A stretch of DNA of 64,000 nt. It comes from Octopus vulgaris. Lineage: Eukaryota. Under the pieces are notes generated by a model that saw only the letters and a list, made by a program, of their open reading frames with translations, was not told the origin of the DNA and did not search any database. The stretch lies in contig OX597816.1 of the NCBI GenBank assembly GCA_951406725.2, positions 145,514,001-145,578,000 of the forward strand. Direction: 5' to 3'. Made by a program: the position numbers and the translations under genes. Of the stretch, positions 13,817 through 26,311 are shown piece after piece. The stretch's first letter is position 1, and each line of letters begins with the position of its first letter.

Positions 13817-13980
13817 TGTGTTATGTCGCACGTTCGGATGCCTTCTACTCAAAGCTACTCTTCTCTACTTTGACTGCTACTCAACTCTATTCTAGTCTAC
13901 TACTCTCTTGACGCCTAGGCTTCTCCCTCTAAATCTACGTATTGGGCTAGCCTACTTCATCATCTGGGGGCGTCCACACA
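13817..13980. mobile_element. Putative short solo LTR
   Basis: TGTG...CACA termini; flanks AATGAA/ACTGAA resemble a TSD with one mismatch; composition differs from the flanks. Confidence 0.3.
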
Positions 13981-14029
13981 ACTGAATGTTATTTAAAGGA
14001 TTATGTCTTTGTATGATCAGAAGTGTCAT

Positions 14030-14650
14030 TAACATCAATACGATTCTGAAATACGCTTCTGTACATCACTTTGCATGTAAATTAATGCACTGGAAGACGA
14101 TAGAACAAGTGAAAGACATGCAAGCATTAGCCGGTGCCAATATCTGATATCACACTCCACTGTTTTAAAACTTGCATGGAATACTGTATAAGGGAGTCCT
14201 TTATTTATCGCGTCTAAAAAAGAAGTAAAACCGTGTGAGCGACAGGTCATTAGGTTATTGATGTGATTTGAAGTAGCAATAAAATAACGACGGATAGATT
14301 TAACATGCAATACCATGCTCCATGCTATAACCATCTGTTGCATCCCTATCTATCTCTATGCAAGAACGTCAGTTACTGGCGTGTTTAGAGAAGTAAATTC
14401 ATTTCACTACCATACTGTTGCTTTATTTATTCATTTTCTTATTTTAACTCTTAAAACATTTTTCTATGACTTCTCAAAGGCACTTTATTCACTGTATTGC
14501 TACGGCAATTAGCGCGTCTTCATTTTCATTGGTTAGTTTGTTTGATGTCAATTGCTGGTGAGCCATTAACATATACTGTTGCAGAGCTATTTCTTATTAC
14601 TTTGAGACGATGTGTGCCTATCAGAGAAATTTGTCTTTATGAAGACTAAT
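14030..14650 (-). pseudogene. Highly degraded hAT-like transposase relic
   Basis: Frameshifted reading gives ATDG..M..G followed by C..H...L.DAI.K.LPY...F, resembling the hAT second catalytic Asp and the CxxH region. Confidence 0.4.
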
Positions 14651-14955
14651 TGGATACCAACTAGTAATGAAAGAAAACTTCTTAGATGACCATGTTTTCA
14701 AATGTAATTTGAGAATGTGCTCACAGGTTTTCATTATAGCCGTTATTGTCGATTAAATAAAATGTATGTTAATATCGTTGTGAGATATGCAGCGCTCGTT
14801 CCAGCATTTGTAAGAGAGTTCTATGCGTATATATTATGTATCAAAATGAGAGATGTGGACTGTAGTAAATTTTTCATCTTTCATCAGGCAGAAGGAGCAA
14901 ATGATATGCAACAGTCATTACTATACTTCAAAGTTATTCGTTAAAAATATTTCCA

Positions 14956-14980
14956 TAATAATAATAAAATAATAATAATA

Positions 14981-15012
<32 letters not shown>

Positions 15013-15048
15013 AATGATGATGATGATGATGATGATAATAATAATAAT
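14956..15048. repeat. (AAT)n(GAT)n(AAT)n compound microsatellite
   Basis: Directly visible. Confidence 0.95.
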
Positions 15049-16102
15049 ACGCATACACTCGAATATCTAAACAAACATACATACATTTTTAACACCCATA
15101 GGACTACACATCCAGCCCAATGTTTACACAACAACGTGAAATTTACAGGACACATATTCACACATACGAAAACACGTGTCACTAACGAAGCAAAAACAAA
15201 AACAAAAGACAAAAACAAAACAAAACTAGTTTTTTCTATTTTTCGAACGAACACAGACAGAGTGAATAATTCCTAATGTCAAAAACACCACAAAAATCTA
15301 TGTCCGGAGATAAATCTATCAACAAAACAAATACAGAAGAATACAGATCTCTTAGCCTTAAGAAGCTACGTTACACGCAATGTTTTGATGCAGAGAACTC
15401 GGAGACGGTGTTGCCTCAAAAACTTAACCCTAAACAGATAGATCAGGCCCTAATGTCAACGTGCAAGCTCGTCATACACCAATGATAACATAGCAAGATA
15501 CAAACCGAATTGGTCGTCAACCGGAAAACCAAGGGCACGTGCTCGAATGATGAACCCGATTCGATCCGAAAAATCAACCACTGGTTCAAATCTTCCAAAT
15601 CTTACAAAAACTGTAAGCCACAGAAAAATTCCAAAAGAAAAAGAAATTCAGAAATTCAAATATCCAGCAAGGTGAACATCTCTTCCTCCTACTATTCCGA
15701 AAGTCGGGAATATCAACAATTTCCTGTGAATATTTAAAATCTCCCTCAAGATAAAATAAGTTGGGGAACTAACATCACTACAGTTTTCGAACACACAAAC
15801 GATCAGCTTAAAAATAACCCTTTAATATCTGAGTATTCGAAAATGCAAACATCATTTTCCTTTTTATTCTTAGAACACTAACATTTCTCTCTGTGCTGCT
15901 ATACAAAAGACCCACTCTCAATGAGTATTCGAAAATGTAAACATAGTTTTCATTCCAAAATCCTACTGTATTCTCGAATTGGACAGACAAACGAACTTCT
16001 CAAGAAAACTTTAAAACTTTAATATATTACCAAAATACGTAAACATATCTTTTATTCACAATTGAATTCATAAATTCATAAATTCAACGACGTGAATATC
16101 AT

Positions 16103-16182
<80 letters not shown>

Positions 16183-17024
16183 GTGTGTGTGTGTGTGTGT
16201 GTATGTGTGTGTATCATTGTTTTTTGTGCCAGGAATTACAAATAGAACAGGCTGAATTGCTACTTTTCAAGGCACCGCTATCAGTGGCCACTGGTAGTAG
16301 TAAACACATTTGACCTCTGCTTACCGAAAGGGCGTGAAGATTCTTTTGTCTCTATTGCTGACCTCCCCAGCATCTGCCGAATCTATTTATAGACCTGTAG
16401 AATAGGATCTATTCACCAGCATGCTACCCAACTATTTCATCCGACGACCACATGTGTATGATCTCAAGTACACGACAAAAGTTGAAAGTAAAGAACATTT
16501 AGTAGAATCTTTTAATAATAAATGGAAATAGTAATAATGAGAATAACAATGGTAGTGGTTGTGATGATGATAATAATAAAAATAAAAAATAATAATATGC
16601 TGCAGATTCTAATACTAAATACCACTAATACTGCAATAATATTACAATACTACTATTATGATAGCACCGGAATCTGACGTCCAACAAACACCCGTAACAC
16701 TACCCTCACCCTTGCTACTGTTGCTGTTGCTGCAATCACTGCTGCTGCTACACATAAAATCAATAATATCAGTGATATCAGTGATGAAAATAATAATAAT
16801 ACAGGACACGGGTGGAGCCTCCCATGGGCTGATTAATGATACATCTAGCGATGGTGTCATAATAAAAACCTGATAAACCCTACTTCATATAAGTAAAAAT
16901 GAAAAAAACAAAATATTGTGAATATTGTGAATAATGGAACTGAAGCCAATGGTGGTGATAGTGTTACACCCAGTAGGCTCAGAGATTCTGGTCCGACTCC
17001 AGCCTGTCGATATCCAGAAAAGGA

Positions 17025-18598
17025 CCACGACCCTGGAAAATTCCTCTTCTGATACCCAGGCTGCTGAAGCGTTTTCCGTAAGAAGTCTGTTCAGTTTTCC
17101 ATTCCACCATACTTGTCGTCAGGAAACACGCTACATTCCTCGCAATTCCAAACGTTTTAAGCACTTGATGATCCACGAATGTGGAATCATATAATAAGCT
17201 TTTCGATAAGGAACTCAGGCCATTTCCAGATTTGTTCTCCTTTGTTTACATTGCTATTCATCTCTTCTGCATCTCTTTTTACAGCTTTTTTCTTACGACG
17301 GTAATATATCGTTCTCATCAATAAATCTATACGTTTCTTCTGCAAATCCTTCTGACAGTAACTTCAACTTTAACAGGAAGCAGGAAATTGATCTATAATT
17401 GTCAGAAGTATTTCCCTTTGATGCATCCTTCAGGTACAACACCATTCATACTTTTGTCAAACAGCGCTGGATTTCTTCTTCTCCATTGATCAATGCATTA
17501 AATTGCTCTACGATCAATTTATGGCAACTACTGAACTTTTTTATCCAAAATTCCTGTACACCATCAGGTCCTGGTGCCTTCCAGTTGCTTATGTGCTTAC
17601 TCATATTTCTGACACTATCTCCTGTGTATTGGATGGCCTCTTGCTGAGTATAAGAAGGTGTTTGCTTCAGACTGCAGAGCCATTCAGTTGTAGTATTATG
17701 TTGCTCTTGGTTCATATCTTACATCGGAAATTCGACTAAACTTTCACGTTTTTTATCGTCATTAATCTCATTGTAAAATCTTTTTGGGTCGGTTCTAAGC
17801 AATTTTCTTTTGCTGGTATTGCCTAATCCGTTGTTCAAACCTAATTAGCTTTTTTTGCATATATGTGCTGCTTCAGTTCTTCAATAACAACATTCAGGCC
17901 TTTTGTATCTACACCATACGTCTTCCTTACTTTTACGATTTTCCATTCATTCTTAAGTTCTCCATTTCTTTTCCTGACAAGTATTGACACTACATTTTTC
18001 AATGAGTTTATGTCTTCAGAAATTCTCTTTTCCCATCTCGGTTGTTTATTTCCACTTCTATCCGTCGCTGTTCTATTCTCAGTAATTCTCAATCCCCTCC
18101 TTTCCGCCACAATCCTACTAGCAGCCTTGATAAGATTATTTGTTTGTGTGATGTTCTTTGTTTCAATGTGTCTCAGTACATTTGTTGACTTTACTCGTCT
18201 CTTGATGTAGTCTCCATTAATTAGCCTTCTTAAAGTCGCACATGAATTCTCTCCCTTTTGTAGTTAATATATCCAAAATTCTCTCTATTATTAATCGATG
18301 TTCATTGCTTGAGTAGTCACTGGTCTCAATTCTTTCACAATTTATAGTATTATATTTTTGAGAATACTTGTCCATCGCTTCCACTATACCACTTTCCTTT
18401 CTCCTATGCCAAGCCTCACCCGATATCCTTCTTTTAATAGCTTCTAGCTCCAATTTTGTTTGGTCATATAATCTCTGATCAGTAATTTCAGACAGTTCTT
18501 TTCTTTCTATTCACTGTGATTTCGTTTTCTGTACCCTCTGAAAGGCACGCCATTCTCATCCACTGGGAGGCTCCGGTAGTAACACTCCATAGCCATTG
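17025..18598 (-). mobile_element. R4/Dong-like non-LTR retrotransposon, N-terminus to RT region (pseudogenised)
   Basis: AMECYYRSLP N-terminal motif; NWKAPGPDGVQEFWIKKF; YRKAY.MIPHSWIIKCL...IRRGIFQG RT motifs; many stops and frameshifts. Confidence 0.85.
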
Positions 18599-18657
18599 TG
18601 TTTACTTGTTTACGTCACGTGTGTTTTGTAGCATGGCTAGAAGTTGGCGGATTACGA

Positions 18658-19008
18658 CTCATATGCACAGCTCGTGAACAAACGTTAAAGACGAATTATA
18701 TGAAATGCAGAATTTTCAATACTACAATAGCGACAAATGCAGGTGAGAAGGGTGAAAGGGAATGGCACATCGTTAGTTAATACCCAAAATTAGTATAACG
18801 CGAATACAAAGGACGCCATGACAATGTGGCAGCAATGATCCATTGGGAGCTTTGTGGAAATCACGGCCTACAATGAGCAAAGACGTGTAAGGAGGAAAAC
18901 CCAGAAGGAGTCACCGAATATGAGAATAGCAAAATACTGTGGAATGCAATGATCCACTGCGATCATCTGATCAGACATAGGAAATTGTAGTAGTACTTAT
19001 GATATAGC
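18658..19008 (+). mobile_element. R4/Dong-like C-terminal CCHC/RLE-proximal fragment
   Basis: LICTAREQTLKTNYMKC..., WHIVS, RHDNVAAMIHWELCG, KILWN motifs. Confidence 0.8.
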
Positions 19009-19009
19009 C

Positions 19010-19560
19010 AACACGGCAACAACGTCGGTAAATGGAGTCGGGACTGCCTTATATATAAATAAATACGATAAATGTTCATGCAGAGAAAAATCAAAATGTT
19101 CTCTGACGAATCTCTGTATGAGTACGAACCTTGTATATAAATGTACTGCGCACACAAAGAGAGAGCCGTATATTTATATTGGGCAGATGGCTGATTAATT
19201 TAAGAATCGTTATCGTAACCATGTTGCCAGCTTTAAGAAAATCAATAAGCGACATTCAACATCTTTGGCAGATTTTGCATGGCGACTGAAGGAGGATAAA
19301 AAGAAATAAAGCATACTTAGTCCATAGCAAGGCACGTGAAATCATACAATGTAATTTCCAGGAGATGCCGTCTCTGCTCTGAGGAATCCCTATCTATTAT
19401 GTGTAATAAGGAAAATATCATTAATGGAATTTCTGAAGGACTCTTGAACTAGTTGTTGAGTGTTTCACCCATGAGGGATCATTGCTCGATGTGTCGAAAG
19501 AGTTGTTGTAATTAATATTAAATTCTCGTATATTCCATCTTCCGTCTTACATTTTCCATA
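19010..19560 (+). mobile_element. Penelope-like (Naiad-type) zinc finger + GIY-YIG endonuclease pseudogene and 3' region
   Basis: From 19073: CSCREKSKCSLTNLC (CxCx5Cx5C), LVYKC..YIYIG, FKNRYRNHVASF, STSLADFAWRLKE, then after a frameshift SYNVISRRCRLCSEE; contains TAA stops. Confidence 0.85.
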
Positions 19561-19567
19561 TACATAA

Positions 19568-19627
<60 letters not shown>

Positions 19628-19639
19628 GTTTCTGTGTTT

Positions 19640-20210
19640 ATTGTATGATTTCACGTGCCTTCCAAGGGAATTTGGTATTTAGATTCATATGTTCGCTAGA
19701 TCCAGTTGATAGGTATCTGAACCATTGCCGAATTTGGCTGCTCTAAATTAGCAAAGTTGATGTGGGATAGCTTCACAGTGTGCCAATTAAAAATAGCATG
19801 ATACCGATTAGATTTAGGAATACATTTGTCCAAAGCAGTATAAAAAAAAATTGCAGCAATCTTAGCTGAAACATGCGAACCAAAATTCAGGTTGAACCAG
19901 AGGATATCCTGACTCCTACATCTGTTGTTAAGCTTATTTGATCGAGTGTGTTGTACTGGGTTATTCTGTCGCGTGTATCTATGAATTTCCGTTGGTAGTT
20001 CATTGATATGACCATTTCTTCCGGGCCTGTATTCTTTATCTGAATGAGTTCTCAAACCTTGACATTGTGGATGTGTACGATATGTATTACAATTGGAAAA
20101 ATGACCAGTGTTGCGTGTGCCTACTTCTTGCATATATTGAATTTTTTCACGGTACCCATCCCTAGCTAGAGCAGCGTTACAATACGTTGCATGTGATTCA
20201 AAATATTATA
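19640..20210 (-). mobile_element. Second Naiad-type Penelope fragment (RT thumb/linker, internally deleted into the endonuclease)
   Basis: IFESHATYCNAALARDGYREK and DILWFNLNFGSHVSAKIA...LDKCIPKSNRYHAIFNWHTVKLS; ends in a 22-bp exact inverted match to 19329-19350. Confidence 0.8.
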
Positions 20211-20500
20211 ACATGGATTCTCCCGTCGTTAGACACCGTATGAGGGTTCGGCATTGTTTTGCTGAACAACCACACAATTGATTTGTTAATAGTGATCAAA
20301 TGTTTGTGTACACATAAGCTCATATCCGCTATCAAATCGACATTACCTGTACAGGGGGCACTGTGTACCACATCTCAGATAATGAAATGATCACAGAGCA
20401 ACGTGAAATGAAGTGATTTGCTCAAGAACACAACGCAACTCCTGGTCTGGGAATCGTACCTATGACTTCGCAATCGTGGGTGCAAGACCCTAACGACTTT
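20210..20500 (-). mobile_element. SINE family C
   Basis: Reverse complement GTCGTTAGGGTCTTGCAC...GATTCCCAGACCAGG...TTCTTGAGCAA. Confidence 0.65.
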
Positions 20501-20601
20501 CACATGAATATATACATACATACATGAATAAATACATACATAAATACATACATACATGCATACATACATACATACATACACACATCCATCCATCCATCCA
20601 T

Positions 20602-20640
<39 letters not shown>

Positions 20641-21922
20641 TATATGCGTGCGCGGTTCGTATGCATTTTTATGAATTGCATGTAAGTATACACAAGAAAT
20701 TAATTGCATTTGGAAATACACTACATGAAAGAAAGTTATTCTGTGAAGAAAACACATAATTATAAAATAGAAGCAAATGATGAAATTAGATGTTATCCTT
20801 AATATTTAATGAAGAAAATATAATGAGAAAACGAATCCATATTTTAATATCCCACGTAATTAAGAAAAAAAAAAATAAGTGAAAGATTTCTCTTCTGCAA
20901 CCAAATGCCCGAATTATCGGCTTTGTCTGAATTTACCGCCTAAATCATAACATTGTAGAGGTCATTCCAAAATGCAGAATTTTTTTACTTGTCTCTTACA
21001 AATGTGTGATATTTTGCCCCTGTAGGAACGTGTCGTTGTGATGTCTAAATATTGACATCATATACACAATGTATCATTTCTCATGTTATCGCTATAAATT
21101 GATTGGGAAGACATGGAAATTCATTAACATTGTATCGTAGCATTTATAAAGCTATTCAAATTGCTATTTCAAGCAAATACACATCCCTAAAACTTTTAGA
21201 TATTTCTTCCAAGTTAATCGTAATTAAATTCTAAACATCAAGCAAGAATATTGCACACATTTTCTAAACAATGGAGATAGCTTCAGGGTTCTGGAATTAT
21301 ATTCTACAAAATAACAATTTAGCAGTGATTAGATGGAACAAAGAAACGCCCTCATGCCATTACGTTTGAATTTATACATTACTGAAGTAAAAGAATGAAG
21401 ATAGAAAGATAAAATGAGAAATGAATAGAGAAACACAAAAGAGACGGATAAATATATAGATACAAATGAGGTATTGCTATCAAATGAGGCATTATTATTA
21501 TATATTATCTGTATGGGACAGAGTGAGATAATGAAAGCGCAGATTTTAATTATTCCGTTTATTTGATAGAACGAGGCAAACAATAATGAAAAGCCTAAGG
21601 AATTATAATAATTACAGTTTGCGAAAATTTCCTTGAAATTTTCTTTTAAATGTTGATTAAATTAGATAAATGAAAAACCTTTTAATAACAAATTAAACGT
21701 TTCTTTTTACTTTGGGTTTTCTTCTCCAATCCTTGATAAGATTGCGTTAATAATTAATCTTTAGTGATCCAAAATTCGAATTAGGTAAATCTCTTCAGAA
21801 ATCATAGAATGTCCTTTGATCGTTACTCGAGCTATGATTGAAGTGTGCTTTGTTATGCACGCGTAGATAGATACAATTAAACATAAACACGTACACATAT
21901 ATGAACATAACATACAAATACT

Positions 21923-21957
<35 letters not shown>

Positions 21958-22064
21958 CAATAATCCTTTTTAAATTTTTAAATATTTAATGCATCGAATG
22001 TTTATAAATTCCATCCAAGGATTATTGTTATTATGACTATATTTATCCTACATTATATCCATTA

Positions 22065-22230
22065 AATCCAAAGCCTTGTGAGTGAATTTTGTAGGCAGGA
22101 AAATGTATGTGTGTGTACGTGTCTTTGTATCTATGTTTGTCCATCCATAATCGCTTGAAAACTGATGGTGGTATGTTTATATCCCCGTGACCTAGCGGTT
22201 CGGCAAAGAGACCGGTAGAATAAGTAATAA
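22065..22230 (+). mobile_element. SINE family A internal fragment
   Basis: GCCTTGTGAGTGAATTT...CTAGCGGTTCGGCAAAGAGACCG.TAGAATAAGTA. Confidence 0.8.
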
Positions 22231-22414
22231 GTAAATGCAGTTCGCAGAAAGTCAAGAATATCCTTGACTTTCTGCGAACTGCATCTGACAACATTATTAC
22301 GTATCTGCTAGAAACAACTGTCGGACCTGTAATATCATACCTTGTCTCGTTAGTTTTCTGTGTCTTTGTACTTTGTGTAAATCTGCTATCTCAATTTATA
22401 AATATCACTCAGAA

Positions 22415-22608
22415 CTGTTATCACGCAGGGCAACATGCTTAGTGGCATAACGTCCGTCTTTAGATTCTGAATTCAAATTCATACCGAGGTCAACCTTGCT
22501 TTTCGCCCCTTCGGCGTCGCTAAAATAAGTACCGTTTGATTACTGGGCTCGAAGCAATCGATTTACCCGCTACCCCGAAATTGCTAGCTTTAGGCCAAAT
22601 TTTAAAAC
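22415..22608 (+). mobile_element. SINE family B, diverged
   Basis: TTCTGAATTCAAATTC..CCGAGGTCAACCTTGCTTTTC..TTCGGCGTCG core. Confidence 0.75.
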
Positions 22609-24098
22609 CTATATATACATGTTAATATATTTATACATGGATGTTCATCGTCTGAATGATGCCGTCCAGAGATAGCATAGAATTTTGTCAGTGAACAGGT
22701 TGCGGTCTCAAAGCGACGAAAATATTTTGACAAATTAAATTTAAATGTCGAATTGAATCTAACGGTTTTTGTGTGTTTCTGAAATGGCTTATAAACACGT
22801 TCCATGCTGCAATTGTATTATTTTATGGCATGTTTGATAATAACAGTGACGTTTTACTGCTTGGAAGACCATAATATCAGAGTGGAGTTAATTTATTACA
22901 AAAATCAAGTTGATTGGAGATTCACATGTAATCTAGTTCCTACATGCCGATAGGCTTCACTATACATGTGTGTGTGTCTGTGTATGTATGTATATATGTA
23001 TGTGTATGTGTGTGTGCACGCGCGCGTTTACATGCATGTGTACGTTTATGTGTGTATATATATGTTTGAGTCCGTAGTTTGCATTTATATGTGCGAAGTT
23101 CATATGAAAGGACAGCATATCGAATAGGCGTTCACTACTCACCAAACTTATAAACAGTGATGTCTTGTATACAGAATATATAAAACTATACCGATGTTTT
23201 TTGTACAGTATACGAATTTCGATTCCATAATAAAAATCACTATAATGTAAACATAATTAAACTGTTAAATCGATGATGGCATCAACGATGAGGATACTAA
23301 CTCTAACAATTATCTTTTCGGCACTTAGAGTAGTGTATTTTTATATGAATTGTTGAATTCTACTAAACTTAGCCTGCTGTCATTATATTGTTATGATTAT
23401 CTTAACTATTATATTTCATTACATATATTCTGTATATTTAATAAAGATTAGCAAACTGCGATAATGTATATTTTATATACTCTAAAATGCATTAATGTAA
23501 TCAACTGTTCGCTCATGGTTCGTATTTTATGAGTTTTTCCATGCATTTGAAAATTAGAACTATAATTGAATTTTCGGTAGATGTACTATAAACGAAAGGT
23601 TTAAAGCAGGCTATGAAATAATAAAAAGAAGAGCTCTCTTTAATTTGTGCATCTAGTTGGCGCCAGCGATTATTCGAACCAGCCATGCATAATACCATAT
23701 GTCTATTATTGAAGGGAAATATAATTATGATTACTACACAAGCATTCAAAAACTGTTTCTGGGTAATAATCACATTTATCCTATATTGTAGGATTGCATT
23801 TGGTAATCGAGTGAAAAATGTTCAAAAAAATAAAAAGACAAAAAACATGTAATATCAATGAAATCTGTTTAATTGTCTACTAATTTGACATTCAGCATTT
23901 TCTGCTAAAAGCAAGCGAAACAATAAATAGATTTATCAGCTGCACTATTCCCGTTAGAATTCATGTCCCAATTGACAGATATAAACCTTAGTATATAATA
24001 GATAAGAAGCAGTTGAGTTCCAAATAGTGATACATATTTGGAAATATTATTGACAAGCGACGTCAATACCCTTCAATGGCATCCATAAATAAATCATA

Positions 24099-24333
24099 AC
24101 GCGGCGAACTGACAGAACCGTAAGCACGCCGGGCGAAATGCGTAGCCGTATTTTGTCTGCCGTTACGTTCTGAGTTCAAATTCCGCCGAGGTCGACGTTG
24201 CCTTTCATACTTTCGAGGTCGATAAATTAAGTACCAGTTACGCACTGGGGTCGATGTAATCGACTTAATCCGTTTGTCTGTCCTTGTTTGTCCCCTCTGT
24301 GTTTAGCCCCTTGTGGGTAGTAAAGAAATAGGT
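24099..24333 (+). mobile_element. Full-length tRNA-derived SINE family B with 18-bp TSD
   Basis: B-box GAGTTCAAATTCC; central GAGGTCGAC..GCCTTTCAT..TTTCG.GGTCGATAAATTAAGTACCAG domain; TSD ATCCATAAATAAATCATA at 24081-24098 and 24334-24351. Confidence 0.93.
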
Positions 24334-24830
24334 ATCCATAAATAAATCATATCCCTTTGTTCTCTGAGAACAACATTGCTGTTCCACGAGAAAGAGCAAA
24401 ACATCTTAATCTAGAAAGTTTTCTTTTATTATTAATATTGATCTAAGTCATTTTGGCATCGAGTAATGTAATTGCCAATTAAATCTGAAGAATTTATCTT
24501 TGATACCATTTGCTTCTTTTCAAAATATAAAGGTATAATGTGAGCATTAATAGACACAAATTATGAAAAAGTAGAAATTTAGGTTGCGAAAGTAGATATG
24601 AAATATTACCTTGTGCAGGGACATGAGTATTAAAAATCAAAACTGATACCTACGTACAATAATTCAGTGTCTATCTGATTCTGAAGTAGCGTGTATTTTG
24701 TGTGAATTTTGTACGTATATTATAGTTGAGTAGATAATTAACTAATATAGACGTTCTTAATAGCAAAAGAGACTTTTGTAGCGATTAATGAAAATGCATG
24801 TGTAATTGGATATTGATTGTGTAGAAAATA

Positions 24831-25890
24831 GGCGCAGGAATAGCTCAGTGGTAAGTAGCTTGCTTACGCACATGCGTCGATTTATTCGCAGTGTTGATTT
24901 TTGATGAGACGGATGGAATTTTTTGAGCTGCTTTGTAGTGGTTTGACGGTGAGTGTTGTACCGATGGAAAGGAATGTATTCGGACCTTAGCAGGTATCCT
25001 CAACAGAGGAGGAGATCGTTAAGGCGGTAAACAGAATGGGTGAGTATTTGGAAAGAGTAAAGAATTTTACTGAGGCTGCAGAAGTGAAGAAAATGGAAGT
25101 GGACCTAACCGGACTGAAGCAGCTGTGTAAGATGACACAGAAGGTGGGCAGTGATGTGAAGTTAATATCCTCGAAAAGGATCCTGATAAATATAGAAAAG
25201 AAGACTATTACCTACAAGGTGTTCTCAGTGGAGAGTAGGAAGGTGGAGCGGATGGAGATGGAAAAAGTAGAAAAAGCTCTGAAGGGGATTTCGAAGGAAG
25301 TGACATATATAGCGAAAGGAAATGGATATGGGTCGGTGGTTGTCCAGTTTAGCACAGCGGAAGAGGTGGCCCTAATACGTCATATGCCACATTTTTGAAT
25401 GAAGCATTGGGTATGGCGGAGTATGGGGTCATAATCGATAGTGAAGGTGATGGACATTAATGTTAAATGGTAAGAGGTTTTGAAACCTCATCATGTTTTA
25501 AAGGAAATTTCGGGAAACGGCGGTCGGCGGGCGCCGTTGGTTTCCCCGATTCATTCATATATTTTTCATTTCATCTCATTAATGTAAATGTCCATCCTGC
25601 AGCTACATCTGTGTAATGCCCTTGCGACAAATTATATGAATAAAAGTAGCTTGCTTACCAACCACATGGTTCCGGGTTCAGTCCTGCTGCATGGAAACTT
25701 GGGCAAGTGTCTTCTACTATAGTCTCGGGGCAACCAAATCTTTGTGAGTGGATTTGGTAGACAAAAACTGAAAGAAGCCCGTCGTATATATATATGTATG
25801 TATGTATATGTATATGTTTGTGTGTATGTGTCTGTCCGCCCCAACATCGCTTGACAACCGATGCACGTATGTTTACGTCCCCGATACTTA
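24831..25890 (+). mobile_element. SINE family A split by an insertion at 24868-25643
   Basis: Head GGCGCAGGAATAGCTCAGTGGTAAGTAGCTTGCTTAC at 24831-24867; the body resumes at 25644 with AAGTAGCTTGCTTACCAACCACATGG. Confidence 0.88.
24868..25643 (+). mobile_element. Internally deleted L1/Tx1-like retroposon (ORF1-like fragment 25036-25398 plus 3' UTR)
   Basis: 15-bp TSD AAGTAGCTTGCTTAC; terminal AATAAA; 120-aa ORF with an RRM-like SVVVQFSTAEE segment (clade assignment is an inference). Confidence 0.7.
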
Positions 25891-25934
25891 GCCTTGAGAA
25901 TCTGTGTTTGGTAACTATTATTAAATTCTTTTTC

Positions 25935-26311
25935 TTTTATTCTTTTGTTCTTTTATTTGTTTCAGTCATTTGACTGCGGCCATGCTGGAGCACCGAGCAA
26001 ATCGACCACACGACTTATTATTTGTAGGCCTAGTGCTTATTCTATCACTCACTTTTGCCGAACCGCTAAGTAACGTGAACGTAAACACAACACTATCGGT
26101 TGTCAGGTGATGGTGTTGGGAACCCCTCCCCCCCCCACATATATATATACGACGGGCTTCTTTCAGTTTCTGTCTACCAAGCCCGCTCACAAGGCTTTGG
26201 TCGGCCCGAGGATATAGTAGAAGACACTTGCCGAAAGGCCACGCAGCGGTACTGAACCCGGACCAATCTGGTTGTTAAGCTAGCTACTTATCTCACAGCC
26301 GTTCCTGCGCC
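25935..26311 (-). mobile_element. SINE family A, near full length
   Basis: Tail TTTGTTTCAGTCATTTGACTGCGGCCATGCTGGAGCACC through to head ...CAGCCGTTCCTGCGCC. Confidence 0.9.

Noticed and set aside
19073-19420. Selenoprotein-type Naiad element
   Set aside because: Cys positions use TGT/TGC, the stops seen are TAA, and no convincing SECIS was found in this copy.
19329-19661. MITE defined by a 22-bp inverted repeat
   Set aside because: The repeat is GIY-YIG coding sequence shared by two opposed Penelope fragments; there is no TSD.
24831-24870. tRNA genes at SINE heads
   Set aside because: A/B-box-like motifs belong to multi-copy SINEs; no complete cloverleaf.
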